DNA of 64,000 nt from Candidatus Peribacteria bacterium (lineage in GTDB: Bacteria > Patescibacteriota > Gracilibacteria > Peribacterales > Peribacteraceae). The first letter of the stretch is position 1. Every line of letters starts with the position of its first letter. The notes under the pieces were generated by a model. That model did no database searches. It was not told the origin of the DNA and saw only the letters and a list, made by a program, of their open reading frames with translations. The position numbers were made by a program, and so were the translations under genes. Location: NCBI GenBank assembly GCA_041691135.1, contig JBEPVF010000002.1, positions 210,718-274,717 of the forward strand, given 5' to 3'. This document shows positions 51,334 through 63,100 of this stretch, in pieces.

Positions 51334-51377
51334 GACATCACTGTAGAGCTATCGTTTTTTCTATGAATGCCTTCGAC

Positions 51378-51405
51378 AAAAAAAGAGGGCGACGATGCCC
51401 TCTTT
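51378..51405 (-). terminator. Intrinsic terminator
   Basis: AAAGAGGGC-gacgat-GCCCTCTTT with a long U tail on the minus strand. Confidence 0.75.
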
Positions 51406-51433
51406 CTGATTTCTGCATGAGATAAAGTCCGTT

Positions 51434-51952
51434 CTACTGTGCGGCAGAACTGGCCTGCGCCGAAGCCGGAGCGGCGGCGGGAGCCTTGGGCTGCGCGGCG
51501 GCTGGCTGCTTGTCCTGGGACGATGTGCTTGATGTCTCAGCCGGCTGAATCTGCACCGGTACGACATCCAGAATCTTCTTGGCCTTCGGATCGTAGAGGA
51601 TAGCGCGGTCGTTGGTGACCAGCAGGTTATCGCCGTTCTTCGCCTTGTTGTAGAACGCGTTCACTTTGCGCAGCTCTTCGATCTTCACGATGGTCGCTAC
51701 CGTCGGTTCGATACCATCCGGAATCAGGAAGATCTTCTTCACATCATCGACAATAGCCTTGGCTGCGGCTGCGTCTTCCTGCGGATTTTTATTGGTGAGC
51801 TGATCCATCTTCATGCTCATCTGCTTGAGCTGATTCTCGGCATCGCGACGTTTGGCGTCGATGGTAAAGACGAGAGCAATAAGAGCAATGACAACGATGA
51901 TAGCGAGAGTCTTCGCTATCGAACTGCCAGATTTGGCTGCGGAGGAATCCAT
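51434..51952 (-). CDS. Single-TM coiled-coil hypothetical protein
   Basis: TM, coiled coil, EPTVATI...FYNKAKNGD.LL...AILYDP, Ala/Pro/Ser tail; followed by a terminator. Confidence 0.8.
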   Translation of the reverse strand: MDSSAAKSGSSIAKTLAIIVVIALIALVFTIDAKRRDAENQLKQMSMKMDQLTNKNPQEDAAAAKAIVDDVKKIFLIPDGIEPTVATIVKIEELRKVNAFYNKAKNGDNLLVTNDRAILYDPKAKKILDVVPVQIQPAETSSTSSQDKQPAAAQPKAPAAAPASAQASSAAQ

Positions 51953-52118
51953 AGAAAATTAAGGGTAGGAAACAAGGCGTCTGTCGGACAGGCAGATGCT
52001 ACGAAAGGGTACAGTCTCTGGCAAGAGCTAGACCAGCCCAAAGAACATACTGGCCCATGGCTGAGCGAAGTCGGCAAGCTCACTTCCGTTCTTGAAGGAC
52101 AACTGCTACCATTTGGAC

Positions 52119-53087
52119 ATGCACGATTTGTCGACGTTGCGACCGTACCTGTCGAGCGCCCTGCAGGCGACGGATCTGCCGAACCTGGGCGAACGGTACC
52201 AGGGAAAAGTGCGTGATGTGTACGCGCCTGACCCGCACACGCGCGTGCTGGTCGCGACCGACCGGCAATCGGCTTTCGATATTCTGTGGTGCACCGTTCC
52301 GTTGAAGGGACAAGTGCTCACGCAGATCAGCCGCTGGTGGTTCGAACGCATCGGCGATGTGATGCCAACGCATGTGATCGCCGTGCCGGATCCCAATGTG
52401 ATGGTGGCGAAGAATCTGCAGATGCTCCGCGTGGAAATCGTCGTCCGTGGCTATCTGAGCGGCTCCACCGGTACATCGGCCTGGGTGAACTACAGTAAAG
52501 GAGTCCGCGACTTCTGCGGTGTTCGGCTTCCCGACGGCATGGCAAAGAATCAACCGTTCGCCTCCCCTATCATCACGCCGACCACAAAAGGAGAGGAAGA
52601 TGAATTGATCACGCCGACGGAAATCACGGATCGCGGCTTCGCCACAGCCGAGCAGTGGAAAGAAATTGAACGCTGTGCGTATGCGCTATTCGCGCGCGGG
52701 CAGGATTTGGCAGCCAAGCACGGACTGATTCTGGTCGATACGAAATACGAGATGGGCTACGACGAAGACGGTGTACTCACCGTGGGTGACGAAGTGCATA
52801 CACCTGACTCTTCGCGTTACTGGGTGGCGGCAACATATGAAGAGCGTATGGCTCAAGGAAAAGAACCCGACAGCCTCGATAAAGAGTTCTTCCGCCTGTG
52901 GCTGCGTGAGCAGGGCTTCGAATACGGCGGCAAGCACCCGACGATCACCGATGATGTGCGTCTGATGCTGGCCCAAAAGTACATCGACCTGTATGAACGT
53001 ATCACTGGCGACACGTTCGTGCTGCCGGATATGATGGAAACGGAAGCGAGGATACGAAAGAACTTAGATATGTACTTTAGGAAATAG
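52119..53087 (+). CDS. purC: SAICAR synthase
   Basis: GKVRDVY, TDRQSAFD, KGQVL, EIVVRGYLSGS, TPTTK, LVDTKYEMG, DEVHTPDSSRYW, LDKEFFR. Confidence 0.96.
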   Translation: MHDLSTLRPYLSSALQATDLPNLGERYQGKVRDVYAPDPHTRVLVATDRQSAFDILWCTVPLKGQVLTQISRWWFERIGDVMPTHVIAVPDPNVMVAKNLQMLRVEIVVRGYLSGSTGTSAWVNYSKGVRDFCGVRLPDGMAKNQPFASPIITPTTKGEEDELITPTEITDRGFATAEQWKEIERCAYALFARGQDLAAKHGLILVDTKYEMGYDEDGVLTVGDEVHTPDSSRYWVAATYEERMAQGKEPDSLDKEFFRLWLREQGFEYGGKHPTITDDVRLMLAQKYIDLYERITGDTFVLPDMMETEARIRKNLDMYFRK

Positions 53088-53175
53088 GCGCAGAAGACGA
53101 GAACATAAATGAGCAATCGTAGAACTAAATCGATAGCAGATTGGCAGCCGGAGCTGGTAGAGTGGGCCGCAGTCT

Positions 53176-56100
53176 ATGCTGAGGCGAACTCTCTTTAGGC
53201 GGGCGGCTATCGGTGCAACTTTTGCTATTGTGATCACAATTGTGCTGTATTTGTATTCCGCACAGATATTTCAGTTTCTTGGCGCACAGGTAGGACCGGC
53301 AGGTCCTCCTGGTGCGGGCGGCGTGATGGGCATGGGTGATATAGGCAGCAAAAATCTAGGCGACGCATGCGATTCGAACAGGCAGTGTAAAGATGGTGCA
53401 CAATGCGCAATTTGTGCTCGTCTAAACGATAACGCTCAGAAATGCAGAACGGTAGAAGAGGCGGCAGGTTGCATGGTTCTGAACAATAGAACGTGCGGAA
53501 ATACAGAAACACCCTGTGGGCCCACTGGCGGAGCCGCTAACGATTGTTGTCGTAATGACCAAACTTGCAAATCCCAATATGATGCTTCCCAAAACCGAGA
53601 TGTCTATTATTGTGCAATAGATGACCCCGTAAAATGCATTCCTGTTGGTGATGGCTGTGGACAGTTTTCTAATAATTGCTGTCTTACTGCTATTTGCACA
53701 CAAGACGAAGGTGCAAAAGCAGGCCAACCGTGGGGCAGCTGTGAATTGCCACTAAAATGCGCCAAGACCGGAGGCGATTGCAAGGAAAACGCCGACTGTT
53801 GTCCTGGTCTTACATGCAAAGGAAAGGACACCGGCAAAAAAGATGCCAAAGGAAATCCAATTATCGGTGATCCTAAAGACGGCGGGAAATGTGCCTCTAA
53901 CGCTGGAGCACAAGGAGGCGACAATGCCGGACAGGCGAATGCCGGCACTACTGCCGGCGGTGCAGGTGGCAATAATGGAGCCAATGGTATGACGACGATA
54001 GGTGGCGGAGGCGGTGCAGGGCCGGGAGGTGGTGGTGTTCCTGGCGGAGGCGGAATCCCGGGGGGTGGGGGTGGAGGAAATCCGGGGGGAGGTGGAGGCA
54101 CAAACGGCGTGCACATCGAGCCTGTTCCGGGTTGTGAGCCGGATGCCATGGGAAGCCTGGCATGTTGTTACACCCCCAACATGTGTGACGGACATATTCA
54201 ATGCATTGCGCCGTGTCTGCCCACCCGAATCCTAGGCGGCTTCGCCTGTATATGTCCGACAAAGAATTCGTCATCGTCGAGCGCCAAAAGTTCACAGTCT
54301 TCCAGCTCTTCATCGGTCGTATCAGCGCAGAAGAGTTCTTCTTCGCAGAGCAATTTCTGTGGATCTTCGTGTCCGGCCATCCCCAATCCCATCCCGCAAG
54401 GCTGCACGCTGGTAAAGCTGAATGAAGTCTGTTCGTGCTTGAAACTTGTATGTTCGAGCAGCAGCAGTTCCAAGTCATCCTCGAGTAATTCCTTCGTGAG
54501 CGCGAGTCCGGGAAGCTTATCCAGCATAAATACCAGTCCCGCCAGTAGCAGTAACAGCAGCAGTTCCAACGAATCAGCATCGCAATCATCGAGCAGTTCA
54601 CCGCATTACTACTGCTGTCTAAGTCCGGGCTACGCATGTTATGGACCATTCTCGGACACGTGGCGAATCTGCCCGGCAGAGGTACTACAGACTACTGACC
54701 TCAACACATGCAATGCGGGCTGCATACAGACATTACCGAGCAGTGGGTCGAGCAGTAGCAGTAGTAACAGTAGCAGCAATAGTAGTAGCAGTTCTGCAGG
54801 TCCGCTTTGTTTCGACTTTGAATGTGCCTTCTACGGAAATGATGCGTGCAATGCGCAAGGCAATGCCGATGGAAAGTCGTACCACTGCGAATCCGATCAC
54901 AGCCAAACGCTGTGCTACCGCTGTGTGCAAAATACAAGTTCTTCATCATCGAATGCATCGGTGCCGATCTGCTATGGATTCGAGTGTGCGTTCTATGGCA
55001 ATGACGCTTGTGCGCAGAAGACGGGAAGCAACGGACTGCCGCAACGCTGCGTATCCGATGGATCACGCAACGAATGTTACAGCTGCGTCGATCAGGGATC
55101 CTCCAGCTCGTCGAGCACCAATGCATGCACCGGACTGGAATGTAATTTCTTCGGTGGCAAAGAAGACTGCAACGGACAACGTGACTCGCAGGGCAACCCA
55201 CTGCTCTGTCAGCGCGACGACAGCAAGCCTTCGTGTTACAGCTGCATTCCACCCGCATCATCTTTGTCATCTTCGTCAGCATCGTCCTCTCAGCATTCGT
55301 ATGATTGCAATGGATCCGAATGCTCCTTTAATGGAGGGAACGAATACTGTTCAGGTCAGACAGGATCCAACGGCCTGTCTTTGCGCTGTGTCGCCGATAC
55401 ATCCAACGCCGCTTGTTTCAGCTGTGTGCCAACAACTACTTCTTCGTCGAGCCTGCCGGCCTGCACCGGTTTGGAATGTGATTTTTACGGCGGCAACGAG
55501 GCCTGCGGAAAGTTCAACGGTCAGGACGGACTGCCATTGCGCTGCGTCAAAGATTTCACCGACCCGCTGTGCATCCGCTGCCTTCCTCAAACGCCCCCTT
55601 CGTCCAGTTCCTTTTCTTCTTCATCATCTTCATCGTCGAAGAACAATAGCTCATCATCGTTCATCGACTGCACCGGACTGGAATGTAATTTCTTCGGCGG
55701 CAGAGAGGACTGCAACGCCCAAAGGGACTCCAACGGCCTACCACTCGCCTGCGTGGCCGACGCAACCGTCCAGAAATGTTATCGCTGTAATCCGACCAAC
55801 AGCTCGTCATCGTTAAGCTCGTCGCGTTCTTCCAATTTTTCGAGTTCTTCCAGCTCATCAAGTTCTTCGCATTCTTCGAGCTCTTCCAGTTCGTCCGGAT
55901 TTTCCAGTTCTTCCAGTTCGTCGTCGCAACAATCGAGTAACAGCAATTCTTCGTCGTCAAAATTTTCTTCCAAGTCATCATCGAATTCATCCAGTCGCAA
56001 TTCTTCCCAAGGCTCCTTACTGTCCGCCTCTTCATCGGCTCATCCCTGTTCCACCGCGTCGGATTGTCCGTTGGGTCTGCGCTGCGAAGACAATCGCTGC

Positions 56101-57003
56101 ACCGATCGCTGCACGAATAACGCCGAGTGTCCGTCAGGCCAGTGCGTCGATAACCGCTGCACTTCGGTATCCTGCGGCAATGGCACGCGAGAGGCAGGTG
56201 AAGTGTGCGACGACGGCAATCGGGTCGACACCGACCAATGCTCGAATGCATGCCGACTCGGCAATGGCGCCGCGTGTACCGATTCTCCGCAATGCGCCTC
56301 GGGCCTGTGTCAGAACGGCATCTGCACGCCTTGCAGCAGCAACAGCATGTGCACCAGCGGCCGTTGCGAGAACGGCAAATGTTTACCCACTTTCCGTTGC
56401 GGCAACGGTGTCCTCGACGCCACCGAAGAGTGTGATGACGGCAACACGCGCGATCTGGACGGCTGCACCGCCGACTGCAAACTGGAGAAGGGATCGTGCG
56501 GCGACGGGAAAGTGGAAGTGCTGCTCGACGAGCAGTGCGAACCGTCGCTGATGAATCAGTCGTTGCCATACGACTGTGATCCGCAGACCTGTCACTTCCG
56601 GTCGAAGTTCTGCGGAAATGGCATTGTAGATGCCGGTGAGGAATGCGACACCGGCGTACGCAATGCTGATACGCCGTCCGCTGCACCACAACGGGATTGC
56701 CGCACCGACTGCTCCGCACCGCGTTGCGGCGACCACATCATCGACGCCTTTGAGCAATGTGACGACGGCAACCGCGTGCCAGGCGACGGCTGCGACCGGT
56801 TCTGCCGGATCGAGGCGCCGGCGGCCACTCTGCCGTTCACCGCACGAACGATTGACCTGCCGGTCCTTCCTAATGATTCAGCTACTACCATCGCCACCAG
56901 TCATGCCCCCGCCGGGAATACCGGGCCCGGTGCAGTGGCATTGATGGCCACCGGAGCGGCTGCCGGAATCGCGTGGATGAGAAAGAGACGGAAACAAAGG
57001 TGA
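53176..57003 (+). CDS. Cys/Ser/Gly-rich surface protein with Myxococcus-type Cys-rich (DUF4215-like) repeats and a C-terminal anchor
   Basis: N-terminal TM; poly-Ser linkers; CGNG...E.CDDGN...DGC repeats; C-terminal GNTGP + hydrophobic helix + RKRRKQR. Confidence 0.85.
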   Translation: MLRRTLFRRAAIGATFAIVITIVLYLYSAQIFQFLGAQVGPAGPPGAGGVMGMGDIGSKNLGDACDSNRQCKDGAQCAICARLNDNAQKCRTVEEAAGCMVLNNRTCGNTETPCGPTGGAANDCCRNDQTCKSQYDASQNRDVYYCAIDDPVKCIPVGDGCGQFSNNCCLTAICTQDEGAKAGQPWGSCELPLKCAKTGGDCKENADCCPGLTCKGKDTGKKDAKGNPIIGDPKDGGKCASNAGAQGGDNAGQANAGTTAGGAGGNNGANGMTTIGGGGGAGPGGGGVPGGGGIPGGGGGGNPGGGGGTNGVHIEPVPGCEPDAMGSLACCYTPNMCDGHIQCIAPCLPTRILGGFACICPTKNSSSSSAKSSQSSSSSSVVSAQKSSSSQSNFCGSSCPAIPNPIPQGCTLVKLNEVCSCLKLVCSSSSSSKSSSSNSFVSASPGSLSSINTSPASSSNSSSSNESASQSSSSSPHYYCCLSPGYACYGPFSDTWRICPAEVLQTTDLNTCNAGCIQTLPSSGSSSSSSNSSSNSSSSSAGPLCFDFECAFYGNDACNAQGNADGKSYHCESDHSQTLCYRCVQNTSSSSSNASVPICYGFECAFYGNDACAQKTGSNGLPQRCVSDGSRNECYSCVDQGSSSSSSTNACTGLECNFFGGKEDCNGQRDSQGNPLLCQRDDSKPSCYSCIPPASSLSSSSASSSQHSYDCNGSECSFNGGNEYCSGQTGSNGLSLRCVADTSNAACFSCVPTTTSSSSLPACTGLECDFYGGNEACGKFNGQDGLPLRCVKDFTDPLCIRCLPQTPPSSSSFSSSSSSSSKNNSSSSFIDCTGLECNFFGGREDCNAQRDSNGLPLACVADATVQKCYRCNPTNSSSSLSSSRSSNFSSSSSSSSSSHSSSSSSSSGFSSSSSSSSQQSSNSNSSSSKFSSKSSSNSSSRNSSQGSLLSASSSAHPCSTASDCPLGLRCEDNRCTDRCTNNAECPSGQCVDNRCTSVSCGNGTREAGEVCDDGNRVDTDQCSNACRLGNGAACTDSPQCASGLCQNGICTPCSSNSMCTSGRCENGKCLPTFRCGNGVLDATEECDDGNTRDLDGCTADCKLEKGSCGDGKVEVLLDEQCEPSLMNQSLPYDCDPQTCHFRSKFCGNGIVDAGEECDTGVRNADTPSAAPQRDCRTDCSAPRCGDHIIDAFEQCDDGNRVPGDGCDRFCRIEAPAATLPFTARTIDLPVLPNDSATTIATSHAPAGNTGPGAVALMATGAAAGIAWMRKRRKQR

Positions 57004-57174
57004 ACCGAAGTGACAAAGGAAAAGAATCATAAGGATTAGTACAATCATTTTATCCTTATTTTTCCCAATCCTCTGCCGTATCGATCGCCTCTGCCCCCTC
57101 GGTCACCGTACATTTGCTCTCTCAATTTCTCGGAGGCGTCTATCGGGAAATACTGCTACAGTATCGCGTAGTCT

Positions 57175-60100
57175 ATGCGGAAAGAAACTCTGCTAGTGCG
57201 GGCTGGGGTTGGTGCTGTCTTTGTCGCTGCATTCATCGCGGTCTTTTCGCCTTGGATCAGGGATCAGATCAATCCGGCACCCCATTACTATTCCACTATC
57301 GGCTGCAACGACCCCACCTGCATGGCAACTACCATGGGCAATGGTGGAATCGGCGGTAACGGAATGGGTACTGCCGGCGCTTCGAGCAGCTCCAGTCTTT
57401 CGGTTAATCCCATATCACCACAATCAAGCTCCGAGTCGAGCTCGGACGAAATTGGAGGAACATTCGGCGGGGATGGTATGACTGGAGGAAATGGTGCGGC
57501 AGCAGGGACGCTTGGGGGCACAACCGGAATAACAGGGATGACGGGCGGTGCAACGGGTGGCGGTACCACCGGTACCACGGGTGTAACGGGCGGTATGAAC
57601 GCAGGAACTACTGGAGGAGCGGGCGGGAGCATCGGAACGAATGGTGGGAATGGAACGATGGGAAGCATGGGAAGTTTTGGCTCGCAGGGAGGAAGCTCGG
57701 TGGGAATAAACAATTCTAGTAACGGTTCGGTCAATGGCTCAGCCGGCAGCAGCTTGCCCACATCCGGGCAAAGCAGTTCGCACAACAGCTGCCCTGCCAT
57801 TCCAGATCCTCTACCTCCCGGTTGTACTCTCGTGATCCTGAATGCGATGGGCTCGTGTCCGCAGGTGGTGTGTATCCCCCCTTCGTCGCATTCATCGGCC
57901 CAATCATCCTCTTCAGTTGAGTGCGTGATTCCGAACGCGCCGCTCGGATACACCTGTAAGCCAACGGGTATCGATGGCAAAGGATGCCCGGCGTATACCT
58001 GCACCAGAGACTGTGGCGTTACCTGCGCGACCGGCGGCTTCTATTGCCAATTAAGCGGTCTGAGCTGCAAAGACAAAATACAACCGGGGGCCGAAGTATG
58101 TTACGAGTGCGTGGCCAACGTCTCATCGGGCAGTGCCAGCAGTGCTTCCAGCAAGCAATCGTCATCGTCCAGCAAATCAAGCAGCTCCGCGGCCCCGAGC
58201 AGTTCGGCAAAGAGCTCGAGTGGCAACTCGTCGTCCAGCGCGAGCGAAGCGCCGCAATTCTATTGTTGTCTGACAGCAGGCCATGCCTGTTACGGCCCCT
58301 TCACCGAATCACTTGCTTGCCCAGCACAGGCAATACGTAACAGTGATAAAAATACCTGCGACAGTCTGTGTCTGACGGTCGCATCTTCTTCGTCCTCTAG
58401 CTCAGCATCGCAGGCACCATCGAGTTCATCGTCGAGCTCGTCATCGCGAGCACTTTCCTCGTCTTCCTCCTCTTCTTCGTCTTTTTCATCTTCGAACTCA
58501 TCGTCCTCATCCGCTTCTTCTCTGATAGGTCAGTGCACGGTGTATTCCTTTTTGGTACACGGCATTGCCGTCGGACCTTCTTCATCATCCTCATCATCGT
58601 CTTCATCATCACAAAGTTCGGCAGCCGGCCCGTTCAGTTGTCCGAGCGGCGGCTTCCTGGTCGGGGCGGGCGACCCGTACTACAACACAGTCAATGATGT
58701 CACAAACTGGCATGATCTGTTGGCCGAATATGATGCGGCCCGTGGCACGCATTACACCGTGATGCAATTTTCGACGGCCGCTTTCGCCCGGTTGGGATCA
58801 CAGTTGTATATCGGCGGCTCGCCCGGGTTGTTCCTGTGTCAGAACGATATTCTGTCGTTTTCCAACACAATAGATCAGGTCAATGCGCTGGCCGTCCACG
58901 GCGGTGCCGTCTACGCCGGCGTGCAAAAAGAAGTGCGCCGATACAATCCGGGTACTCTCAGTTACACCGTCATCGGCAACTTCCCGTACGACATCGGTGC
59001 ACTGCTCGATTTCCAGGGAACGCTGTACGCCAGCACAGCCGGCCACGTATATCAGTACGGACTGAATGGATGGAATGAAATCGGCATCATCATGAGCCCG
59101 CAGGCGATTGCACCGATCACCGCATTGGCTGAATACAAAGGCCAACTGTATGCCGGCAGCGGCGATCCCGTTGGCGGAGCGACTGTCGGCCATGTGTTCC
59201 GTCTGACCAATGGAGCGTGGGTGGATGTCACGCCCGACTGGAAGTCCGTCAACACGGTAGACGTGACGACGACGCCGGCCAGCGTCAATGCGCTGGCAGT
59301 ATTCGGCAATTCACTGTTCGCAGCCACGACGTCATACGACTTTCAATCGACACAGGCGATAAAAAGTCAGGGGCACGCCTACGCCTACGACGGCGCCGCA
59401 TGGACCCTGACGAGTCAACAGATGGGTACGCATGCAAACGCGCTCGCATACGATCCAAACAGCACGCAGCTCATCGGCGGCACGAGCGTGGATTTTCTGT
59501 CCGGCGCGCTGTGGTCATACACGAACGGAAATATCTGGAATTTCGGCAGCACTTTCAAACACAGCGTCGATGCACTGCTGACATTGAGCATGTCATCATC
59601 TTCTCAAGCTGTATCCAGCGCGCCAACCGTCATCAGCATCTCGAACGTGCACGTCACGAATCTGCGGACGACCTCGGCAGAAATCGATTGGGATACGAAT
59701 GTCGTCGCCGACTCGCAGGTGGAGTACGGACTCTTGATTGGTCCGCCGTATACCAAGAGCGCCTCGACCGCTTCATTTGTGTCGAGACATGCACTCCCGC
59801 TCACCGGTCTGCAACCCGATACGCTGTACCACTTCCGCGTCCGCTCCAAGGATGCCAGCAATATTACGGCTGCCTCCGGGGATTACACGTTCCGCACCAC
59901 CAGCGACGGACGCATTGAAGTATCGGAAAACGGCGACGTGATTGAGCGCGGCGGCACCTATGATTTCGGCAGCACACTGGTGAACAAACCGGTTACGAAG
60001 ACGTTCTATATCCGCAACGTGGGTGATACGCCTCTCACCGTGAGTTCACTCATCACCGTACCGAGCGGCTTTGCGCTGGTGCAAAATATCACCTTATTGT

Positions 60101-63100
60101 CGCTGCAACCGGGACTGACGACCACCTTTCAGGTGCGCATGAATGCCGACACTCTGTCCACACCCGACGGCAACGTGTCGATTCCCAACAGCGATGTCAG
60201 TCAGAATCCGTTCATCTTCCGGATCACCGGCGCAGTGACGGAGACGATCGCACCGAAAATGGAAGTGTCGGAAGGCGGCAATGCCCTGTCGAGCGACCCG
60301 ACGCCCAGTACTATCGCCTTCAGTACCACCGCCGGCACTCCGGTGACCAAGACGATCACCATCCGCAACGCAGGCAACGGAACACTCAGCGTGGGAACGA
60401 TCAATATCGGCGGCACCGGTTTCTCGTGGACATCTCCCAGTCGCACCGACCTGGGCGCCAACGAGACGACAACATTCACGGTGACGTTCAAGGCAACCAG
60501 CGTGGGCTACGTCAGCAACATTCTGAGCATTGCCAGCAACAGTACGACACCACGTTCGCCGTTCCGCTTGAATGTGACCGGCACTGCCGTTTCGCCAACT
60601 GTGAAATCGCCTCAATTGCACGTGTACGACGGGAACACCGAACTGGTGCGAGGCGGAAGCGTCGTGGATTTCGGTACCACGACTCCCGGCACTGCGCTGA
60701 GCAAAACCATCACCATCAAAAACCTCGGCAATGGTGACCTGACCGTCGGAACAGTGAGCGTGCCGAACGGCTTCTCCATCGCGCAGCAGCCGCAAGCGAC
60801 CGTAGTCGCCGGCGGCAGTACCACCTTTATCGTGAACTTCGATGCCAAAGCGGCCAGTTCGTTCGACGGATGGGCATCGTTCGGTCACAACGACACCAAT
60901 TCACCGTTTACGTTTGTCGTGCGCGGCAACGCGTCCGCCTCGCCCGATCTTCAGGTACTCGACGGTTCTACATCCATCACCCGCACGACGGGCAGTGTCT
61001 ACATCGGCAGTACGACACAGGGCACACCGGTAACCAAAACGATCACCGTCAAAAATACGGGCGGCGCCACACTGACGCTCACGACACCCACCGTCCCCAA
61101 TGGCTTCTCGATTACAAAAGCGCCGCCGGCTGTCGTCCAACCCGGCGCTTCGGCCACTTTCAACGTTCAGTTGGATGCATCTTCCACCGGCTCACCCGAC
61201 GGCACCCTGTCGTTCGCCAACAACGTTGCGGGCAAAACGCCGTTCACCTTCCGCATCCAGGGAAATGTGGGCGCCGCTCCCGCGCCGGAAATCGATGTGC
61301 TCGATGGTATTGCGAGTGTGCCGAATAACGGAGATATCGATATGGGAACGACGGCACAGAACAAACCGTTAAACCGCATCTTCACGGTACAGAACACGGG
61401 GACGGCGCCGCTCACACTCGGCTCCACCATATCCGTGCCCACCGGTTTCAGCATTTCGGCCCCCTTCGGTAAAACCACCCTCGCTCCGGGCGAATCCACA
61501 TTCTTTGCCGTCCGTCTGAATGCGGCAACAGCCGGCTCGTACAGCGGCAACGTATTCTTCACAAATAATGATGCCAACGAAAATCCGTACACGTTCGTTG
61601 TACAAGGAATAGTGAGTGCGCCGCTGATCCCGCTGGTGGAAGTGCGCAGCGATACCGGCATCGTACCGAACGGCGGTTACACCGCTTTCGGATCGACTCC
61701 CGTCGGCACGGCGGTGACGAAAATTTTCTCGGTGCGCAACATCGGCGGCGCCACGCTCAGTCTCCAATCGCTCTCTGCACCGAGCGGCTTTACGGTTGTC
61801 ACGTCATTCGCGCAAACGAGCCTGGCACCCAACGCATCGACGAACTTCACCCTCCGTCTGACTGCCGGTGCGAGCGGCTACTCCAGCGGCAACGTCTCGT
61901 TCGGCACCAACGATGCAGGCAACAATCCGTTCACCTTCCGTATCGATGGCACGGCCACCGCTCCGTCGGTGCAATTATTCGACGGCACCAGCCAGATCAC
62001 CTATTCGACCGGTAAAGTCGATCTAGGATCGCACGCGAAGGGCGATCCGCACGGCAGAACAATCACCATCAAGAACCCCGGGACAGCCCCGTTGAAGATC
62101 GGCGCCATTACGGCACCCGCGCACTTCGCCGTTACGGCATCGGCATCAACGAGCGACGCCTTCAAAGCTGTCACGATCGACGCCGGCGACTCAGCATCGT
62201 TCTACCTGACCTACAAAGCCGATACGACCGGCAACGTGAGCGGTACTGTTTCCGTCCCGACGAACGTGAGCGGACGGAATCCGTTCACCTTCACCGTGGC
62301 CGCCATAGGAGTAGCTGCGCCCAAGCCGGTGATGCAACTGTTCGACGGCATTGACCTGATCGCTCCCGGTGACACCATCGACTTTGGGCGAAGAGTACTC
62401 GGCCATTCGATCGGACGCTGGTTCACGGTACGCAATACGGGAACGGCGAACTTGGTCATCAATTCGATCGGCATCGGTCCGGGATTCTCGTACAGCGGTC
62501 TGCCGGATGACACAGTCGTGAAGCCTGGCGCGGAGAAATCGGTGTACATCAAGTTCAATTCCGAGGAGATCAAGAACTATCAGACAGGCGGCATCTTCCA
62601 CACCAACGAAGCGGCCAGACCGTCGTATGGCTTCAACCTGACCGCCACCGTCCGCGCGGTACCGGAAGTGATGGCCACCTTCTACAGCGCTAATCGCGGC
62701 CCGTACATCGACAACTGCGGCATCCGCTGTTCGGTGCAGTGGTACGACCAGGATAAGCAACCGCCGAAGCTGTTGGTGCGCTACATCGAACCGGGCGACA
62801 AAGTCACTTTTACGAACGTAACGGGCACTATCGATTGGGGCGGCGGCGATTATCCGAATCCATCCAGTTGCCGCGACGGTGCCTCGGCATTCGCGGACAA
62901 GATTCCCAAACTCGTCGGGGTGGCCCAGTTCACCGACTACGATAACAAAGTGGTTGACGCAGGCATCACCACACCGGGCGACCGCAATGCAATCTTGCTC
63001 AGGGACTTCGTGAACATCACCGTGCCCAGCGGCGCCGGCGAAATTTTCGGCGGCTTTCCCGACACCAAGTATTCGGACAACAAAGGCGTTTGCAGTTTCA

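Noticed and set aside
51960-52110. Possible purine/ZTP riboswitch upstream of purC
   Set aside because: Only short hairpins, no consensus match, and purC appears leaderless.
54641-56719. Long alternative-frame and antisense ORFs (391 aa, 352 aa)
   Set aside because: By-products of Ser/Cys low-complexity coding in the real gene.
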